Source of the DNA: an uncultured Actinomycetes bacterium
Lineage (GTDB): Bacteria; Actinomycetota; UBA4738; HRBIN12
DNA: 64,000 nt
Assembly: GCA_963835415.1 (NCBI GenBank)
Contig: CAWIFZ010000005.1
Location: 2,937 to 66,936 of the forward strand
Direction of reading: 5' to 3'
Below the pieces are notes generated by a model. It worked only from the letters and a program-made list of their open reading frames with translations, searched no databases and was not told the DNA's origin. Made by a program: the position numbers and the translations under genes. Within the stretch, counting starts at the first letter, position 1. Every line of letters begins with the position of its first letter. This document shows positions 20,445 to 30,859 of this stretch, one piece after another.

Positions 20445-21467
20445 CTACTCCGGGACCGCCTCGGTGCCTGCCGGCACGCGAGCGCCGTCCAGGTCGGCGC
20501 CGTCCGGGACCCATGACCCTTCCCCCAGAACGCATCCCATGAGCGTCGCTCCTGCTCCCACGCGCGCGCCGGGCCCCACGACGGAGGCCACGACCCTCGC
20601 CTCCGCGCCGACCGTGCCGCCCCGGTGGATCACCGAATCGTCGACCTGCGCCTCCGCGCCGACGGACGCGTCGGCCCCGACCGCGACCCATCGCCCCAGA
20701 TGCGCGCGGATGTCGACGTCGGCCGTCGGGTCGATCCACGGCGACGGATACCGCACGCCGTGGACCTTGCCTTCGAACAGATCGAAATGCGCCTGCAGGT
20801 ATTGCGCCGGCGTTCCCAGGTCGAGCCAGTAGGCATCCGACAGGAACCCGAACACCGGATGTCCCGCCTCGATCACGGCCGGGAAGACATCACGTTCGAT
20901 CGAGATCTGCTCGCCGGAGGTCCACGGCGCGAGCACGCGGGGATCCAACAGGTACGTCCCCGCGTTGATGTCGCCGGGGATCGGCTGATCGGGCTTCTCC
21001 AGGAACTCGCGGACCCGCCCGTCGGGGTCGGCGTGGATCAGGCCGAACGCCCGCGCGTCCTCCACGTGGTGCATCGCGATCGTGGCCAGCGCACCGCGCT
21101 CTCGATGGAGCGCGAGCATCGCGGTGAGATCGAGGTCGGTGAGGATGTCGCCGTTCAGCGCGAAGAACGGCTGGTCGTCGGCGAGCGTCGCCAGCGCATG
21201 CACGATCGCTCCGCCCGTCCCGAGCGGCGCGGTCTCGGTGATCCACGTGATCTTCGGGTCCCCGTGTCGCGATCTGATGAACGGGTCGAACATCTCCTCG
21301 AGATACGGGGACGACAGGATCACGTCGTGCACGTCGTGGCGGGCGAGGTGATCGAGCACGTGATCCAGCGACGGCCGATCCATCAAGGGCACCAGCGGTT
21401 TGGGCATCGTCTCGGTCAGCGGGCGCAGCCGCGTTCCCTCTCCTCCGACCAGCACGACGGCCTTCAT
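20445..21467 (-). CDS. NDP-hexose pyrophosphorylase (mannose-1-phosphate guanylyltransferase-like, with C-terminal left-handed beta-helix)
   Basis: MKAVVLVGGEGTRLRPLT N-terminus and C-terminal hexapeptide-like repeats. The start overlaps the upstream GT2 stop (ATGA). Confidence 0.8.
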   Translation of the reverse strand: MKAVVLVGGEGTRLRPLTETMPKPLVPLMDRPSLDHVLDHLARHDVHDVILSSPYLEEMFDPFIRSRHGDPKITWITETAPLGTGGAIVHALATLADDQPFFALNGDILTDLDLTAMLALHRERGALATIAMHHVEDARAFGLIHADPDGRVREFLEKPDQPIPGDINAGTYLLDPRVLAPWTSGEQISIERDVFPAVIEAGHPVFGFLSDAYWLDLGTPAQYLQAHFDLFEGKVHGVRYPSPWIDPTADVDIRAHLGRWVAVGADASVGAEAQVDDSVIHRGGTVGAEARVVASVVGPGARVGAGATLMGCVLGEGSWVPDGADLDGARVPAGTEAVPE

Positions 21468-22333
21468 CCCGCGAACCTCCCCACCAACCATGCGATCTCA
21501 GCCCGTGCACGAAGCGCCGTCCACGCGAACGGCAGCGTCAGTTTCCGCCATCCGGCCGCTCGGTGCTTGCGGTAGTACCGGTAGACGCTCGTGGAATGCA
21601 TCACCGACATCCGACGCGATCTGCCCCGCGAGATGCCGAGCGCGTGCAGGACCTCCACGTCGGGCGTGTACAGGACGGACCAGCCGGCGTCGCGCAGCCG
21701 TGTGGCCATGTCGAGCTCCTCCGCGAACAAGGGGAACGATTCGTCCAGCATCCCCACATCCTCGAACACCTTGCGGGGCAACAGCATGCAGGCGCCCGAC
21801 ACCCAATCGACCTCGCGCTCGGTGGTGCGGTCCCACCCCTCCATGTGGTAGCGGCGCGTGAACCGATTGTCGGGCATGATCGGACCGACGAAGCCGTGGC
21901 CCACCGCGTCGACGACGCTCGGCAGGGGCCGGCCGCTCGGATACACGGTTCCATCCAGGTTCCGGATCATCGGACCCACGATCCCCGCGCGCGGGTGGGC
22001 GCGTGCAACGGCGACGTAGTCGGCGAGCGTCCCCACCCACCACTCCGTGTCGGGGTTCAGCAGCAGCACGTACGGCGCATCGGTGGCCCGGATGCCCTGG
22101 TTCCATGCCGGCGAGAGGTAGATGTTCTCCCGGTTCTCGATCAGACGGGCCCACGGGTGCGCGGCGATCGCGCGCGTGTGGCTGCCGTCGACCGACGCGT
22201 TGTCGATCACCAGGACATCGATGCCGACGTCGCCGCGATGCGTCTCGAGCGATGCCAGGCACCGTTCCAGGTAGTCGCCGGTGTTGTAGTTCACGATGAT
22301 GACGGCGAGCTCCGCCGCGCCGCGAACGGTCAT
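21464..22333 (-). CDS. Glycosyltransferase family 2
   Basis: LAVIIVNYNTGDYLERCLASL...VLVIDNASVDGS, the typical GT2 (rhamnosyltransferase-like) N-terminus. ATG at 22333. Confidence 0.8.
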   Translation of the reverse strand: MTVRGAAELAVIIVNYNTGDYLERCLASLETHRGDVGIDVLVIDNASVDGSHTRAIAAHPWARLIENRENIYLSPAWNQGIRATDAPYVLLLNPDTEWWVGTLADYVAVARAHPRAGIVGPMIRNLDGTVYPSGRPLPSVVDAVGHGFVGPIMPDNRFTRRYHMEGWDRTTEREVDWVSGACMLLPRKVFEDVGMLDESFPLFAEELDMATRLRDAGWSVLYTPDVEVLHALGISRGRSRRMSVMHSTSVYRYYRKHRAAGWRKLTLPFAWTALRARAEIAWLVGRFAG

Positions 22334-22758
22334 CGATGCGGCGTCTGCGCCACCAGCACGATGCCGACCATGATGCAGAAGACCCCCGCCCATCGCAGCG
22401 CGGGCACCGTCTCGTTCAAGATGAACCGGTCGGCCAGCAGGATCAGCACGTACGTGAGCGAGGCGAACGGGTAGGCGAACGACAACGACGTGCGTGACAG
22501 GACCGCGAGCCACACGATCGCCGAGAGCCCGAACAGGAACAGGCCTCCCCAGACGGCCGGCGTGGTGACGACGTCCTTGATCGAGTCGGCGGTCAGCTTG
22601 AGCGCGCCCGTGTTATCGGCGACCTGGTTCATGCCGTGCTTCAGCGTGAGCTGGGCGCCGGCGGCGAGCAGCACGGAGAACAGGATCAGTCCGATCAACA
22701 TGGCGGGTCGCTTCCCTTCCGTTCGGGCGACGTCCTCGGACGGAGCGATGTCGCTCAC
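22330..22758 (-). CDS. Small four-TM EamA/SMR-like protein (ArnE/ArnF-like candidate lipid-linked sugar flippase subunit)
   Basis: GTG start overlapping the wzt stop (GTGA). Sequence LIGLILFSVLLAAGAQLTLKHGMNQV... followed by three further TM segments. Confidence 0.55.
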   Translation of the reverse strand: MSDIAPSEDVARTEGKRPAMLIGLILFSVLLAAGAQLTLKHGMNQVADNTGALKLTADSIKDVVTTPAVWGGLFLFGLSAIVWLAVLSRTSLSFAYPFASLTYVLILLADRFILNETVPALRWAGVFCIMVGIVLVAQTPHR

Positions 22759-23937
22759 AGGTCCTCGACCTCGGCTTCGACGACGACTTCGATGTGCTCC
22801 TGCACGCGGGGAACCTCGATCACCTCGAACAGGTACCGCTGGGTCTGTACGTGGAACAGGTGACCGGTCGAGCGCGACGACAGCCCGATCGTCACCCAGT
22901 ACTTGCCGGCCGTGTACGGGAACGACGGGATCCGGAAGCGCACGCGCTTCTTCCCGTCGAAGCGCTCGATCACGATGCCGTGGGTCGAGGTGCGCTCCTC
23001 GATCACCGGGTGGTTCGTGGCGCCGTCCAGGACCGCGAAGTCGACATCGAGGTCGTCGACCGGCTCGTTCGTCCGGACGTCGATCAGGATCGTCAGCGGA
23101 TCGTCGCGGAGCACCGGGCCGTCTCCGGCGCCGGACGCTCGGATGATCTCCACCGCCGCGATCTCCGCCTCGCGTGTTCCCTGCTCCGCCACGAATCCCG
23201 GGATCGGTCCCGCCCAGCAGCACGTACCGCATCTCGCGGACCACGTCATCCGGCAGACCGATCGCGTGGATGCGGCCGTGGTCGAGCATGACCGCGCGAT
23301 CGCACACCTCACGGACGGTATCGAGCGCGTGCGTCACCAGGACGATCGTCCGTCCCTCCGCCTGGAAGCTCCGGACGCGGTCGAGGCACTTCAGCTGGAA
23401 CGCTTCGTCGCCGACGGCGAGCACCTCGTCGATCAACAAGATGTCGGGTTCGACATGCACGGCCACCGCGAAGCCCAGCCGCACGAGCATCCCGGACGAG
23501 AAGAACTTCACCTGGTTGTCCATGAAGTCCTGCAGCTCGGCGAAGGCCACGATGTCGTCGTACACGCGGTCCGTGTCCTTGCGCGACAGACCCAGGAACG
23601 ACGCGTTCAGGTAGACGTTCTCGCGACCGGTGAGCTCGGGGTGGAAGCCCGCTCCCAGCTCGAGCAGGGCCGCGACCCTCCCGCGATAGCGGATCACGCC
23701 GGACGTCGGACGCAGGATGCCGGCGATGCACTTCAGCAGCGTGGTCTTGCCCGAGCCGTTGTGTCCGATCAAGCCCAGCGACGAGCCCTCCTGGACCTCG
23801 AACGCGATGTCGCGGAGCGCCCAGAAGTCCTCGGCGCGCATGCGCCCCGAGAGCACGCGCTGCTTGAGCGAGCTCGGACGCTCGCGGAAGAGACGGAAGA
23901 CCTTGGAGACGTCCTCGATCTCGAGAGCGGCGGTCAC
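22755..23937 (-). CDS. Polysaccharide ABC exporter ATP-binding protein (Wzt type) with C-terminal glycan-binding-like domain; apparent frameshift near 23205
   Basis: Walker A GHNGSGKTT, signature FSSGMLVRLGFA, Walker B ILLIDEVLAVGD in one frame. The C-terminal domain (GTREAEIAAVEI...YWVTIGLSS...) is in the frame of ORF 22755..23312. Confidence 0.75.
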
Positions 23938-24964
23938 AGTTCCTCCGCGAAGTCGCCGGAGAGCCGGAAGAACAGGCGCCACGTGTAGAGGAGCAGCAGG
24001 AGCGATCCGACGAGTACGACGCCGATGACCCCGGCGAGCCGGGCGATGCTCACGTCGGGCAGCACGCGGATGCCACCAGGCGACACCGTGGCGTACAACG
24101 CTCGCTGGAACCCCGAGACGATCGGCGTGAGCGGGTTCAGCAGGTAGACCGTCCACAGATGCGGCGACCACGGTGCGGTGGGCGCGATCAGCTTGTCCTG
24201 GACGATGCCGCCGGGGTACACGATCGGCGTCATCCAGAACCAGACCAGCAACGCCAACCCGATCAGGTGCTGTACGTCGCGATACCGAACGTTCAACGCG
24301 GAGACCCAGAACGTCAGCGCTGTCGTGAACACCACGAGCGTGAGGAACGACAGCGGGTACAGCACGAGCGCCTCCGAATGGAAGCCATATCCGGTGGCGA
24401 GGATGAAGAGGAGCAACACGGCCGACTGCAACACGAAGTCCACGAGCGCGACGCCGACGACCGAGAGCGGCAGGATCTCGCGGGGGAACGCCACCTTCTT
24501 CACGAGGTTCCCGTTGTCGATCACCGACCGTGTGCCGTTGCCCACCGCCACCGAGAACAGGTTCCATGCCAGCAAGCCCGAGAGGAGGAACACCGGATAG
24601 TGCGGGGTCGAGTTGCCCATGACCTTCACCACGAACGTGAAGACCGCCAGGAAGACGATGGGGTTCAGGATCGACCAGATCGCGCCGAGGATCGACGCGT
24701 GTATTTGACCTTCAGCTCCTTGCGGATGAGGTTCAGCAGGATCTCGCGGTGGGCGTACAGCTCGCGGATGCGCGCAACCGGTCGCAGCGAGAGCGACTCG
24801 GACGTGCGTTCGGTGACGCTCAGTGCGGTGGCGATGTCGGGGCTCCTCGGGTGGATGCGCAGGTCAGACGCGGTGCGGTCGAGTCTAGCAACGCATGACC
24901 GCGCGACTTCGGAGGTTCTATGACGTTCCGCGGAACGTGGAGAGCGCCCGTGCGTATCCCACAC
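23934..24964 (-). CDS. ABC-2 type polysaccharide exporter permease (Wzm type); apparent 1-nt deletion near 24700, start uncertain
   Basis: RELYAHREILLNLIRKELKVKYTR (frame of 24665..24964) continues as SILGAIWSILNPIVFLAVFTFVVKVMGNSTPHYPVFLLSGLLAWN (frame of 23934..24632). Confidence 0.7.
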
Positions 24965-26255
24965 CGAGCCCTAACTCCAGATCGGCCTCGTCCGCGCCCA
25001 TGTCGGCGAGCGCCTTGCCCCAGATCGCCATGGCCTTGTGGGCGGGGTCGCGGACGAGCCTGAGCGTCTCCTCGATGGCGGCCTCGTAGCCGTTCGCGGT
25101 CGCCTCCGACGTTCTGAGCTGGTCGATGTGTGCCCGCGCGGCGTGCCCCATCGTGGATCGGCGGTCGGGATCCTCCAGCAGCGTGCGCATCGCGGCGGCC
25201 AGCTCGGACGGGTTCGTCGGGCCCGGGGCCACGCGGAGCACGGCGTCGTCCGGGGCGTCCAGGTAGGTGCCGGTCGCGCTGACGATCGACGGCTTCCCCG
25301 CCTGCATCGCCCGGATCAACGAGCCGCTCACCTCACCTCGGTGCGGGAACCGCAGGTCCACGACCACGTCCGCCGCGGCCAGCCACCCGCGGAAGTCGTC
25401 ATCCGAGACGTCCGGAGCCAGCGTCACGCGATCACCGAGTCGAGCCGTGTCCACCACACGGTCGACGTCATAGCCCTCGATGCGGCGGCCGACCAATGCG
25501 ATGTGCACATCTTCATCGAGCTCGTGCGCGGCGCCGAGCACGGAGTCCAGCCGCTTCGCCTCGTTCAGGTCGCCGGGCGCGACGACCAGCGAACGCATGC
25601 CGCGCGCCTCGGGTCCGGCGCGCAGTTCGCGGCCGCGATCGACCGCCCTCCGCATGTCCGCCTCCGACTCCACGATCGGGTGCGGCACGACGAAGACGGG
25701 CGTTCGACAACCGAACCCTTCGAGGTATGCCTTGCAGAACGCCGAGTGCACGATGATGCCGCGAGCTCGACGAGCGACGTGCGCGCACCAGGGATCGCGG
25801 AGCGGTTCGTTGCGAACCACGTCCGGTGACGTGAGGTTGGCCCGGAGCGCGGCCGCCTCGCGCGTCGCCATGAAGCCGAGCGGGTCGCCGAGCGTGATGA
25901 GGCCGCGGACGAAGTCGTCGAGCGCGAGGTCGTGCAACACGATCAGCGACGCCTGAGCAAGGAAGGCGGCGCGATACGCCTCCAGGTGGAACTCGACGTT
26001 GTTGCCGAGCTCGAACACGCCGAGTCGGTAGCCCGGCAGACGAGGCGTGTCCTTGGGCTCGATCGGCCAGATCACGTCCATCCGGCGCCGGTCGAAGAAC
26101 CCGATCCGTCGCAGGCCGTCCAGGACCGCACGGTCGTACGTGGCCACACCGGTCCGGGCCGGCGGAAGCGGACCCGAGAACACGAGCTCCCCGACGGATC
26201 CGGGCGCGGCGGGAGCGGTGCGGCGTCGGAGCGTGCGGGCGATGTCGTGCAGCAT
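24918..26255 (-). CDS. Glycosyltransferase (GT4/GT1-fold) with C-terminal extension
   Basis: ATG at 26255 shares one base with the upstream gene's stop (TGATG). The 445-aa product from MLHDIARTL has a GT-B C-terminal motif region (...FPHRGEVSGSLIRAMQAGKPSIVSATG). The rest of ORF 24918..27176 is run-on. Confidence 0.7.
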   Translation of the reverse strand: MLHDIARTLRRRTAPAAPGSVGELVFSGPLPPARTGVATYDRAVLDGLRRIGFFDRRRMDVIWPIEPKDTPRLPGYRLGVFELGNNVEFHLEAYRAAFLAQASLIVLHDLALDDFVRGLITLGDPLGFMATREAAALRANLTSPDVVRNEPLRDPWCAHVARRARGIIVHSAFCKAYLEGFGCRTPVFVVPHPIVESEADMRRAVDRGRELRAGPEARGMRSLVVAPGDLNEAKRLDSVLGAAHELDEDVHIALVGRRIEGYDVDRVVDTARLGDRVTLAPDVSDDDFRGWLAAADVVVDLRFPHRGEVSGSLIRAMQAGKPSIVSATGTYLDAPDDAVLRVAPGPTNPSELAAAMRTLLEDPDRRSTMGHAARAHIDQLRTSEATANGYEAAIEETLRLVRDPAHKAMAIWGKALADMGADEADLELGLGVGYARALSTFRGTS

Positions 26256-27304
26256 CAGTCGAGCAACCGTGCCACGACGTCGGGCCAGCGCGGGACCTCG
26301 GTGCGGACGAGCGCGTTCCCCGCCGCACCCAGACGCGCCGCCAGGTCGCGATCGAGGAACAGCCGGTCGAACGCGTCGGCGACGGCCTTGGGCTCCGGTG
26401 CCGCCACCAGACCGGTGTCGCCGTCCGCGACGAACTCGAGCGGGCCGCCGCTGTCGGCGAGCGTCACGACCGGCCGGTCCGCCGCGAACCCCTCGAGCGT
26501 CACGTAGCCGTAGTCCTCGTCGAACGGTCCGTAGTAGACGGCGAGCGCCTCCTCGTACAGCTGGAACAGCCTGGCGTCGGTCACGTCGATCTCGAACCGC
26601 ACGCGCTGCTGCAGACCCAGCCGCTCCACCTGGTCGCGGAGCGCCTGCTCGTCCGGTCCCTTGCCCACCAAGACGAGCGAGACGGCGCTCCGCACGTGCT
26701 GCATCGCGTCGATCACGAGCGACTGCCGCTTCAAGCTCTCCATCCGGCTGGGGAACAGCACGTAGTCGCCGAGCGGGCCCGACGTCTCGTCCATCAGATG
26801 CTCCATGACGGGCGACGGGTGGTAGAGCACCTCCGCGGGGATGCGGAGCGAGCTCCACAGGCGGTCCTTGACGTTCTTCGAGTTGGTGAACACCCGCTTG
26901 GCCTCGTTCAGCGAGAGGCGATCGGCGTTCCACACCATGTCGCGCACCGCCGGGCCGTCCTCCTGGCGGGAGAGGTCCGCGTACACGGGGTGATCCCAGA
27001 GCTCGTACGCCGTGCGGTGCTGATGCATCAGCCACACGATCTTGCGCTCGTGCTCCACCAGGTACGCGGGGAACTTCAGCCCGACGACCGCGTCGACCTT
27101 CAGGCCGTTCGACTCGGTGATGTCGAAGCTCCGCCACACCGCCATCTGGTGCGCGAGCTGCGACGCCGGGTACCACTTGCCGGCGATCTGCACGAGGTCC
27201 GCGTCGTGTCCGGCCGCCCGAAGCGCCCGGACCAGCCCCTCGGCATGCGTCTCCGCGCCGCCTCGGACGAACGCGGTCTGCGGATGGAGGACGGCGACCC
27301 TCAT
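26255..27304 (-). CDS. Glycosyltransferase family 4
   Basis: MRVAVLHPQTAFVRGGAETHAEGL N-terminus and ...FDEDYGYVTLEGFAADRPVVT GT-B C-terminal motif. Confidence 0.8.
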   Translation of the reverse strand: MRVAVLHPQTAFVRGGAETHAEGLVRALRAAGHDADLVQIAGKWYPASQLAHQMAVWRSFDITESNGLKVDAVVGLKFPAYLVEHERKIVWLMHQHRTAYELWDHPVYADLSRQEDGPAVRDMVWNADRLSLNEAKRVFTNSKNVKDRLWSSLRIPAEVLYHPSPVMEHLMDETSGPLGDYVLFPSRMESLKRQSLVIDAMQHVRSAVSLVLVGKGPDEQALRDQVERLGLQQRVRFEIDVTDARLFQLYEEALAVYYGPFDEDYGYVTLEGFAADRPVVTLADSGGPLEFVADGDTGLVAAPEPKAVADAFDRLFLDRDLAARLGAAGNALVRTEVPRWPDVVARLLD

Positions 27305-27705
27305 GCGGGCGGATCCGCGTCCGCAGCGATCGTGTCCGGCTCGGCTGCCTCGTCCTGGGCCCGGAGCCGGGCGACCTCCGCTTCGAGCGCCATCACCCGC
27401 TCGGCCAGGCTCGTGGTCAGCTCGGCGTGATCGGCGAGCAGCCGGTCATAGCGCCACGAGATCGGCCGCGCCACGCGGAACATCCCGTACTTCAGCTGGC
27501 GCCGCCAGCGCGACGTGGACGCCAGGTTGCCCTCGCCCTGCGGGATGATGACCTTCTCGTCGGCACGGAGCTGCATGGACAGATCGTGGAGCCGGTCGCG
27601 CACCTCGGCGGTGTCCATGCGGGCGCGCGACGCACGCTCCTGGGCCCAGTAGAGCTCACGGGAGAGATCGTCGATCGCGGGGTCGTGGTCGGAGGTCGCG
27701 GCCAT
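27301..27705 (-). CDS. Hypothetical soluble coiled-coil protein (134 aa)
   Basis: ORF overlaps the downstream GT4 start. It has no recognisable motif. The C-terminal region TTSLAERVMALEAEVARLRAQ is a heptad-like helix. Confidence 0.45.
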   Translation of the reverse strand: MAATSDHDPAIDDLSRELYWAQERASRARMDTAEVRDRLHDLSMQLRADEKVIIPQGEGNLASTSRWRRQLKYGMFRVARPISWRYDRLLADHAELTTSLAERVMALEAEVARLRAQDEAAEPDTIAADADPPA

Positions 27706-27745
27706 CGGCGCAGGTCAGCGTAGCACCCGCTCGGTCACCGCCCGC

Positions 27746-28597
27746 TCAGGCGGTGGCCTCGGCCGCGGCGAGCTGGATCCACTCGCCGACCGCCACGTCG
27801 AGCCCCGGGAGCGGCTCGATCCCGATGTGCTCGAGGTAGGCGCTCGTGAGGGCGGAGCTGGCCGGACGCGGCGCGAGCAGACCGAGCGAAGCCATCTCCT
27901 GCTCCTCCACCGTCCCGGGGAGACCCCCGATCGTACGGGCGCGCTCGAGGACGTCGAACCAACAGGCGGGCTCGGAGCCGGCCACGTGATAGGTCCCGAA
28001 CCGGCCGGTGAGTAGCAACGGCAGCAGCCGCGACGCGAGATGTCCGACGAACGTCGGAGAACCGATCCGATCGCGGATGCCGCCCGCCGGATCGCCGCGC
28101 CGGAGGCGCTCGAGTGCGCCGCTCGCATAGTCGTCGCCGGCACCGTAGACGTAGCTCGTGCGGACGATGAAGTGCTCCGGCAGCAGCTGCCGGACGAACG
28201 CCTCACCGGCCAGCTTCGTCCGTCCGTACACGGACAGCGGATGCGTCGCGTCCATCTCGTCGTACGGGGCACCCTTCATCCCGTCGAAGACGTAGTCGGT
28301 CGACACGTGCAGGACCGCCGCCCCGCACGCCCGGGCCGCGAGCGCCACGTGTTGCGCGCCGAGCGCGTTGTCGCGCGTGGCGCGCGCCGGATCCGTCTCG
28401 CAGCCGTCCACGTGGGTGAGCGCCGCGAAGTTCAGGATCGCGTCGGGACGCACGGGCGGGATCGTCTGCATCACCGCGTCACGATCACCGATGTCGAGGT
28501 CGGTGTGCGCGAGCGCGTGGACCTCGTGGTGCGACGGCACCTGTGCGAGGAACGCCCGGCCCAGCCCTCCCGCCGCCCCGGTGACGACGAGCCTCAC
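27746..28597 (-). CDS. rmlD: dTDP-4-dehydrorhamnose reductase
   Basis: GTG start overlapping the rmlB stop. VVTGAAGGLGRA, STDYVFDG and YGRTKLAGE motifs. Confidence 0.85.
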   Translation of the reverse strand: MRLVVTGAAGGLGRAFLAQVPSHHEVHALAHTDLDIGDRDAVMQTIPPVRPDAILNFAALTHVDGCETDPARATRDNALGAQHVALAARACGAAVLHVSTDYVFDGMKGAPYDEMDATHPLSVYGRTKLAGEAFVRQLLPEHFIVRTSYVYGAGDDYASGALERLRRGDPAGGIRDRIGSPTFVGHLASRLLPLLLTGRFGTYHVAGSEPACWFDVLERARTIGGLPGTVEEQEMASLGLLAPRPASSALTSAYLEHIGIEPLPGLDVAVGEWIQLAAAEATA

Positions 28598-29601
28598 CGG
28601 CCGGCACCGGCCGGGCGGGGCTCCGTCACGATCGGAACCTGATGCGCGTCGCGGAGCCACGCAAGGTGGTCCCGGTACCAGTCCACGGTCAGCGCGAGCC
28701 CGTCGTCGAACGACACCTGCGGCTCCCATCCCAATGCCCGCAATGGTTCCGCGCTCAGGCCGTACCGGAAGTCGTGACCGGGGCGATCGGGGACGAACGC
28801 GATCTGTGACTCGGGCGCGCCGGCCAGCCCGCAGATGCGCCGCGCGAGCTCGATGTTTTCGAGCTCGAACCCGTCGCCGATGTTGTAGATGCCACCTGCA
28901 ACGCCGTGGTCCAGCACCGTCAGCGCGGCCCTGGCCCAATCGGTGACGTAGAGGAACTCCCGCCGCTGCCGCCCCTCGCCGTACACGGGGACCGGTCGTC
29001 CTTCCAGCGCACAGATCGAGAACGTGGGCATCACGCGCTCGATCTGCCGGGGTCCGAACGCGTTCGTGCCTCGAACGATCGTCACCGGCGCTCCGTACGT
29101 CACGACGTAGGCGCTGCACAACAGATCCGCGGCCGCCTTGCTCGCGGCGTAGGGGCTGGCGGGTTCGAGCGGATGTGATTCGTCGAACGAGCCGTCCCCG
29201 GGATCGCCCGGGCCGTAGACCTCGTCGGTCGAGAGCATCAGCATGCGCACGTCGTGCGTACGCGCGGCCTCCAGCACGGATTGCGTGCCGATCACGTTCG
29301 TTCGCAGGAACGAGCCGGGATCGTCGATGCTCCGATCGACGTGCGACTCGGCGGCGGCGTGGATCACCGAGTCGGCGTCGGCGACCAGTCCGTCGACCAA
29401 CCCCGCATCGACCACGTCGCCCAGGACGAAGCGCAGGCGTGGATCGCCGTCGTGCGCTTCGAGGTTCGAGCGGCTCCCGCCCGTGGAGAGCCGGTCCAGC
29501 ACCGTGACCGTCGTCGAGGGACGTTCCAGCAGCGCATCGACGAGGTGGGAGCCGATGAAGCCGGCGCCGCCCGTGACGAGGACGTTCGTGTCGGGAGCCA
29601 T
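28594..29601 (-). CDS. rmlB: dTDP-glucose 4,6-dehydratase
   Basis: VLVTGGAGFIGSH, STDEVYG and YAASKAAAD motifs; 335 aa. Confidence 0.9.
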   Translation of the reverse strand: MAPDTNVLVTGGAGFIGSHLVDALLERPSTTVTVLDRLSTGGSRSNLEAHDGDPRLRFVLGDVVDAGLVDGLVADADSVIHAAAESHVDRSIDDPGSFLRTNVIGTQSVLEAARTHDVRMLMLSTDEVYGPGDPGDGSFDESHPLEPASPYAASKAAADLLCSAYVVTYGAPVTIVRGTNAFGPRQIERVMPTFSICALEGRPVPVYGEGRQRREFLYVTDWARAALTVLDHGVAGGIYNIGDGFELENIELARRICGLAGAPESQIAFVPDRPGHDFRYGLSAEPLRALGWEPQVSFDDGLALTVDWYRDHLAWLRDAHQVPIVTEPRPAGAGR

Positions 29602-29648
29602 GGCGGGACCTCTTGGTGTCGGGCGGAGGGTGGTGGGACGACCGGAGT

Positions 29649-30839
29649 CTACTGCGGTGCCTGATCCGGCGCCGGACCTGTTCGCGACACCGCGGCGGCC
29701 TCGCGCAAGACGGCGGCCGTCGCCCGAGCCGTTGCCTCCCAGGTGAATCGGGACGCGCGTGCCACCCCCGCAGCGGACAGCACCGCCCGGAGGTCCGCGT
29801 CCCCGACCAACTCCGACAGCGCCTTCGCGATGGCGTGGGTATCCGCGGGATCGACCAGCACGGCGGCCTCACCGGCCACCTCGGGCAGTGAGGACACGTT
29901 CGACGTCATGACGGGCACGCCCGCGGCGAACGCTTCGAGCACCGGGAACCCGAACCCTTCGTACAGCGAGGGATAGGCGAGGACCGTGGCACCGGAGAGC
30001 AGCGCGAGCTTGTCGCGGTCGTTCACGTATCCGGTGCGTACGATCCGCTCCTTCACGCTCGTCGGGAGCGCCTCGATGGCCGTGTCCAATCGTTCGGTCG
30101 CCTCCGGGAACCACCGCACCGGCCCGCCGGCGATCACCAGCGTGAGATCCTGCGCGTCGCTCTCGGCGAACGCCATCACCAGCTGCTCGAGGTTCTTCCG
30201 CGGCTCGATGCCTCCGACGAACAACACGTACCCGCCGGGGATGCCGTGACGACGGCGGACGGCGTCGATGACGGGCTGCGGAACCGGCGCGAACGCCTCC
30301 GCCTCGACACCGTGATGCACCACGTGCACACGAGCCTCATCGACCGCGAACGCGTCGAGGAGGTCCCTCGCCGTCGCCGCGGACGGCACGACGATCGCCG
30401 GCGCCACCGCGAGGGTCGCGGCGAATCGTCTGCGCCACCGCTCATCGATGTGCGGCGCGGACTCGGGGAAGTGCCGGAAGGCGAGATCGTGCACGATGGG
30501 CACGACGCGATCGGGATGGTTGGTCGCGGGGGCCAGGAAGTTCGTCGCCACGAACAGGTCGAAATCGATCAGCCACTCCAACCGCGGGACGCCGAGTCGG
30601 TAGGAGGCGGGTTGGAAGACCCTGGCCGGGAAGCGCGACGCCTTCTCGGTCAGGTTCCGCGCGCGCACGTCGGCGAAGAACCTGCGCGGCCGGAAGAGCC
30701 CGCGCGCGTGGAGGTACCACGCGACGTACTCGTCGTCGGGGTCGGCGAGCGGCAGGTGACGGATCAGCTGCTGGGTGTATTGCCCCACGCCCGTCCGCCG
30801 AGGATCGAGCGCCGGCCGAGCATCGATCACGACTCGCAC
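29649..30839 (-). CDS. Glycosyltransferase family 4
   Basis: 396-aa intact ORF with the GT-B C-terminal motif AYPSLYEGFGFPVLEAFAAGVPVMTS. Confidence 0.8.
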   Translation of the reverse strand: MRVVIDARPALDPRRTGVGQYTQQLIRHLPLADPDDEYVAWYLHARGLFRPRRFFADVRARNLTEKASRFPARVFQPASYRLGVPRLEWLIDFDLFVATNFLAPATNHPDRVVPIVHDLAFRHFPESAPHIDERWRRRFAATLAVAPAIVVPSAATARDLLDAFAVDEARVHVVHHGVEAEAFAPVPQPVIDAVRRRHGIPGGYVLFVGGIEPRKNLEQLVMAFAESDAQDLTLVIAGGPVRWFPEATERLDTAIEALPTSVKERIVRTGYVNDRDKLALLSGATVLAYPSLYEGFGFPVLEAFAAGVPVMTSNVSSLPEVAGEAAVLVDPADTHAIAKALSELVGDADLRAVLSAAGVARASRFTWEATARATAAVLREAAAVSRTGPAPDQAPQ

Positions 30840-30859
30840 CCGTGAAGGCTAGCGGAGAC

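Noticed and set aside
22330-24567. A 745-aa ORF that looks like a large multidomain protein.
   Set aside because: It stitches together the Wzt ATPase frame, out-of-frame sequence and the EamA-like gene, and its 5' end overlaps wzm in a non-coding frame. GTGA start/stop overlaps define the real gene boundaries.
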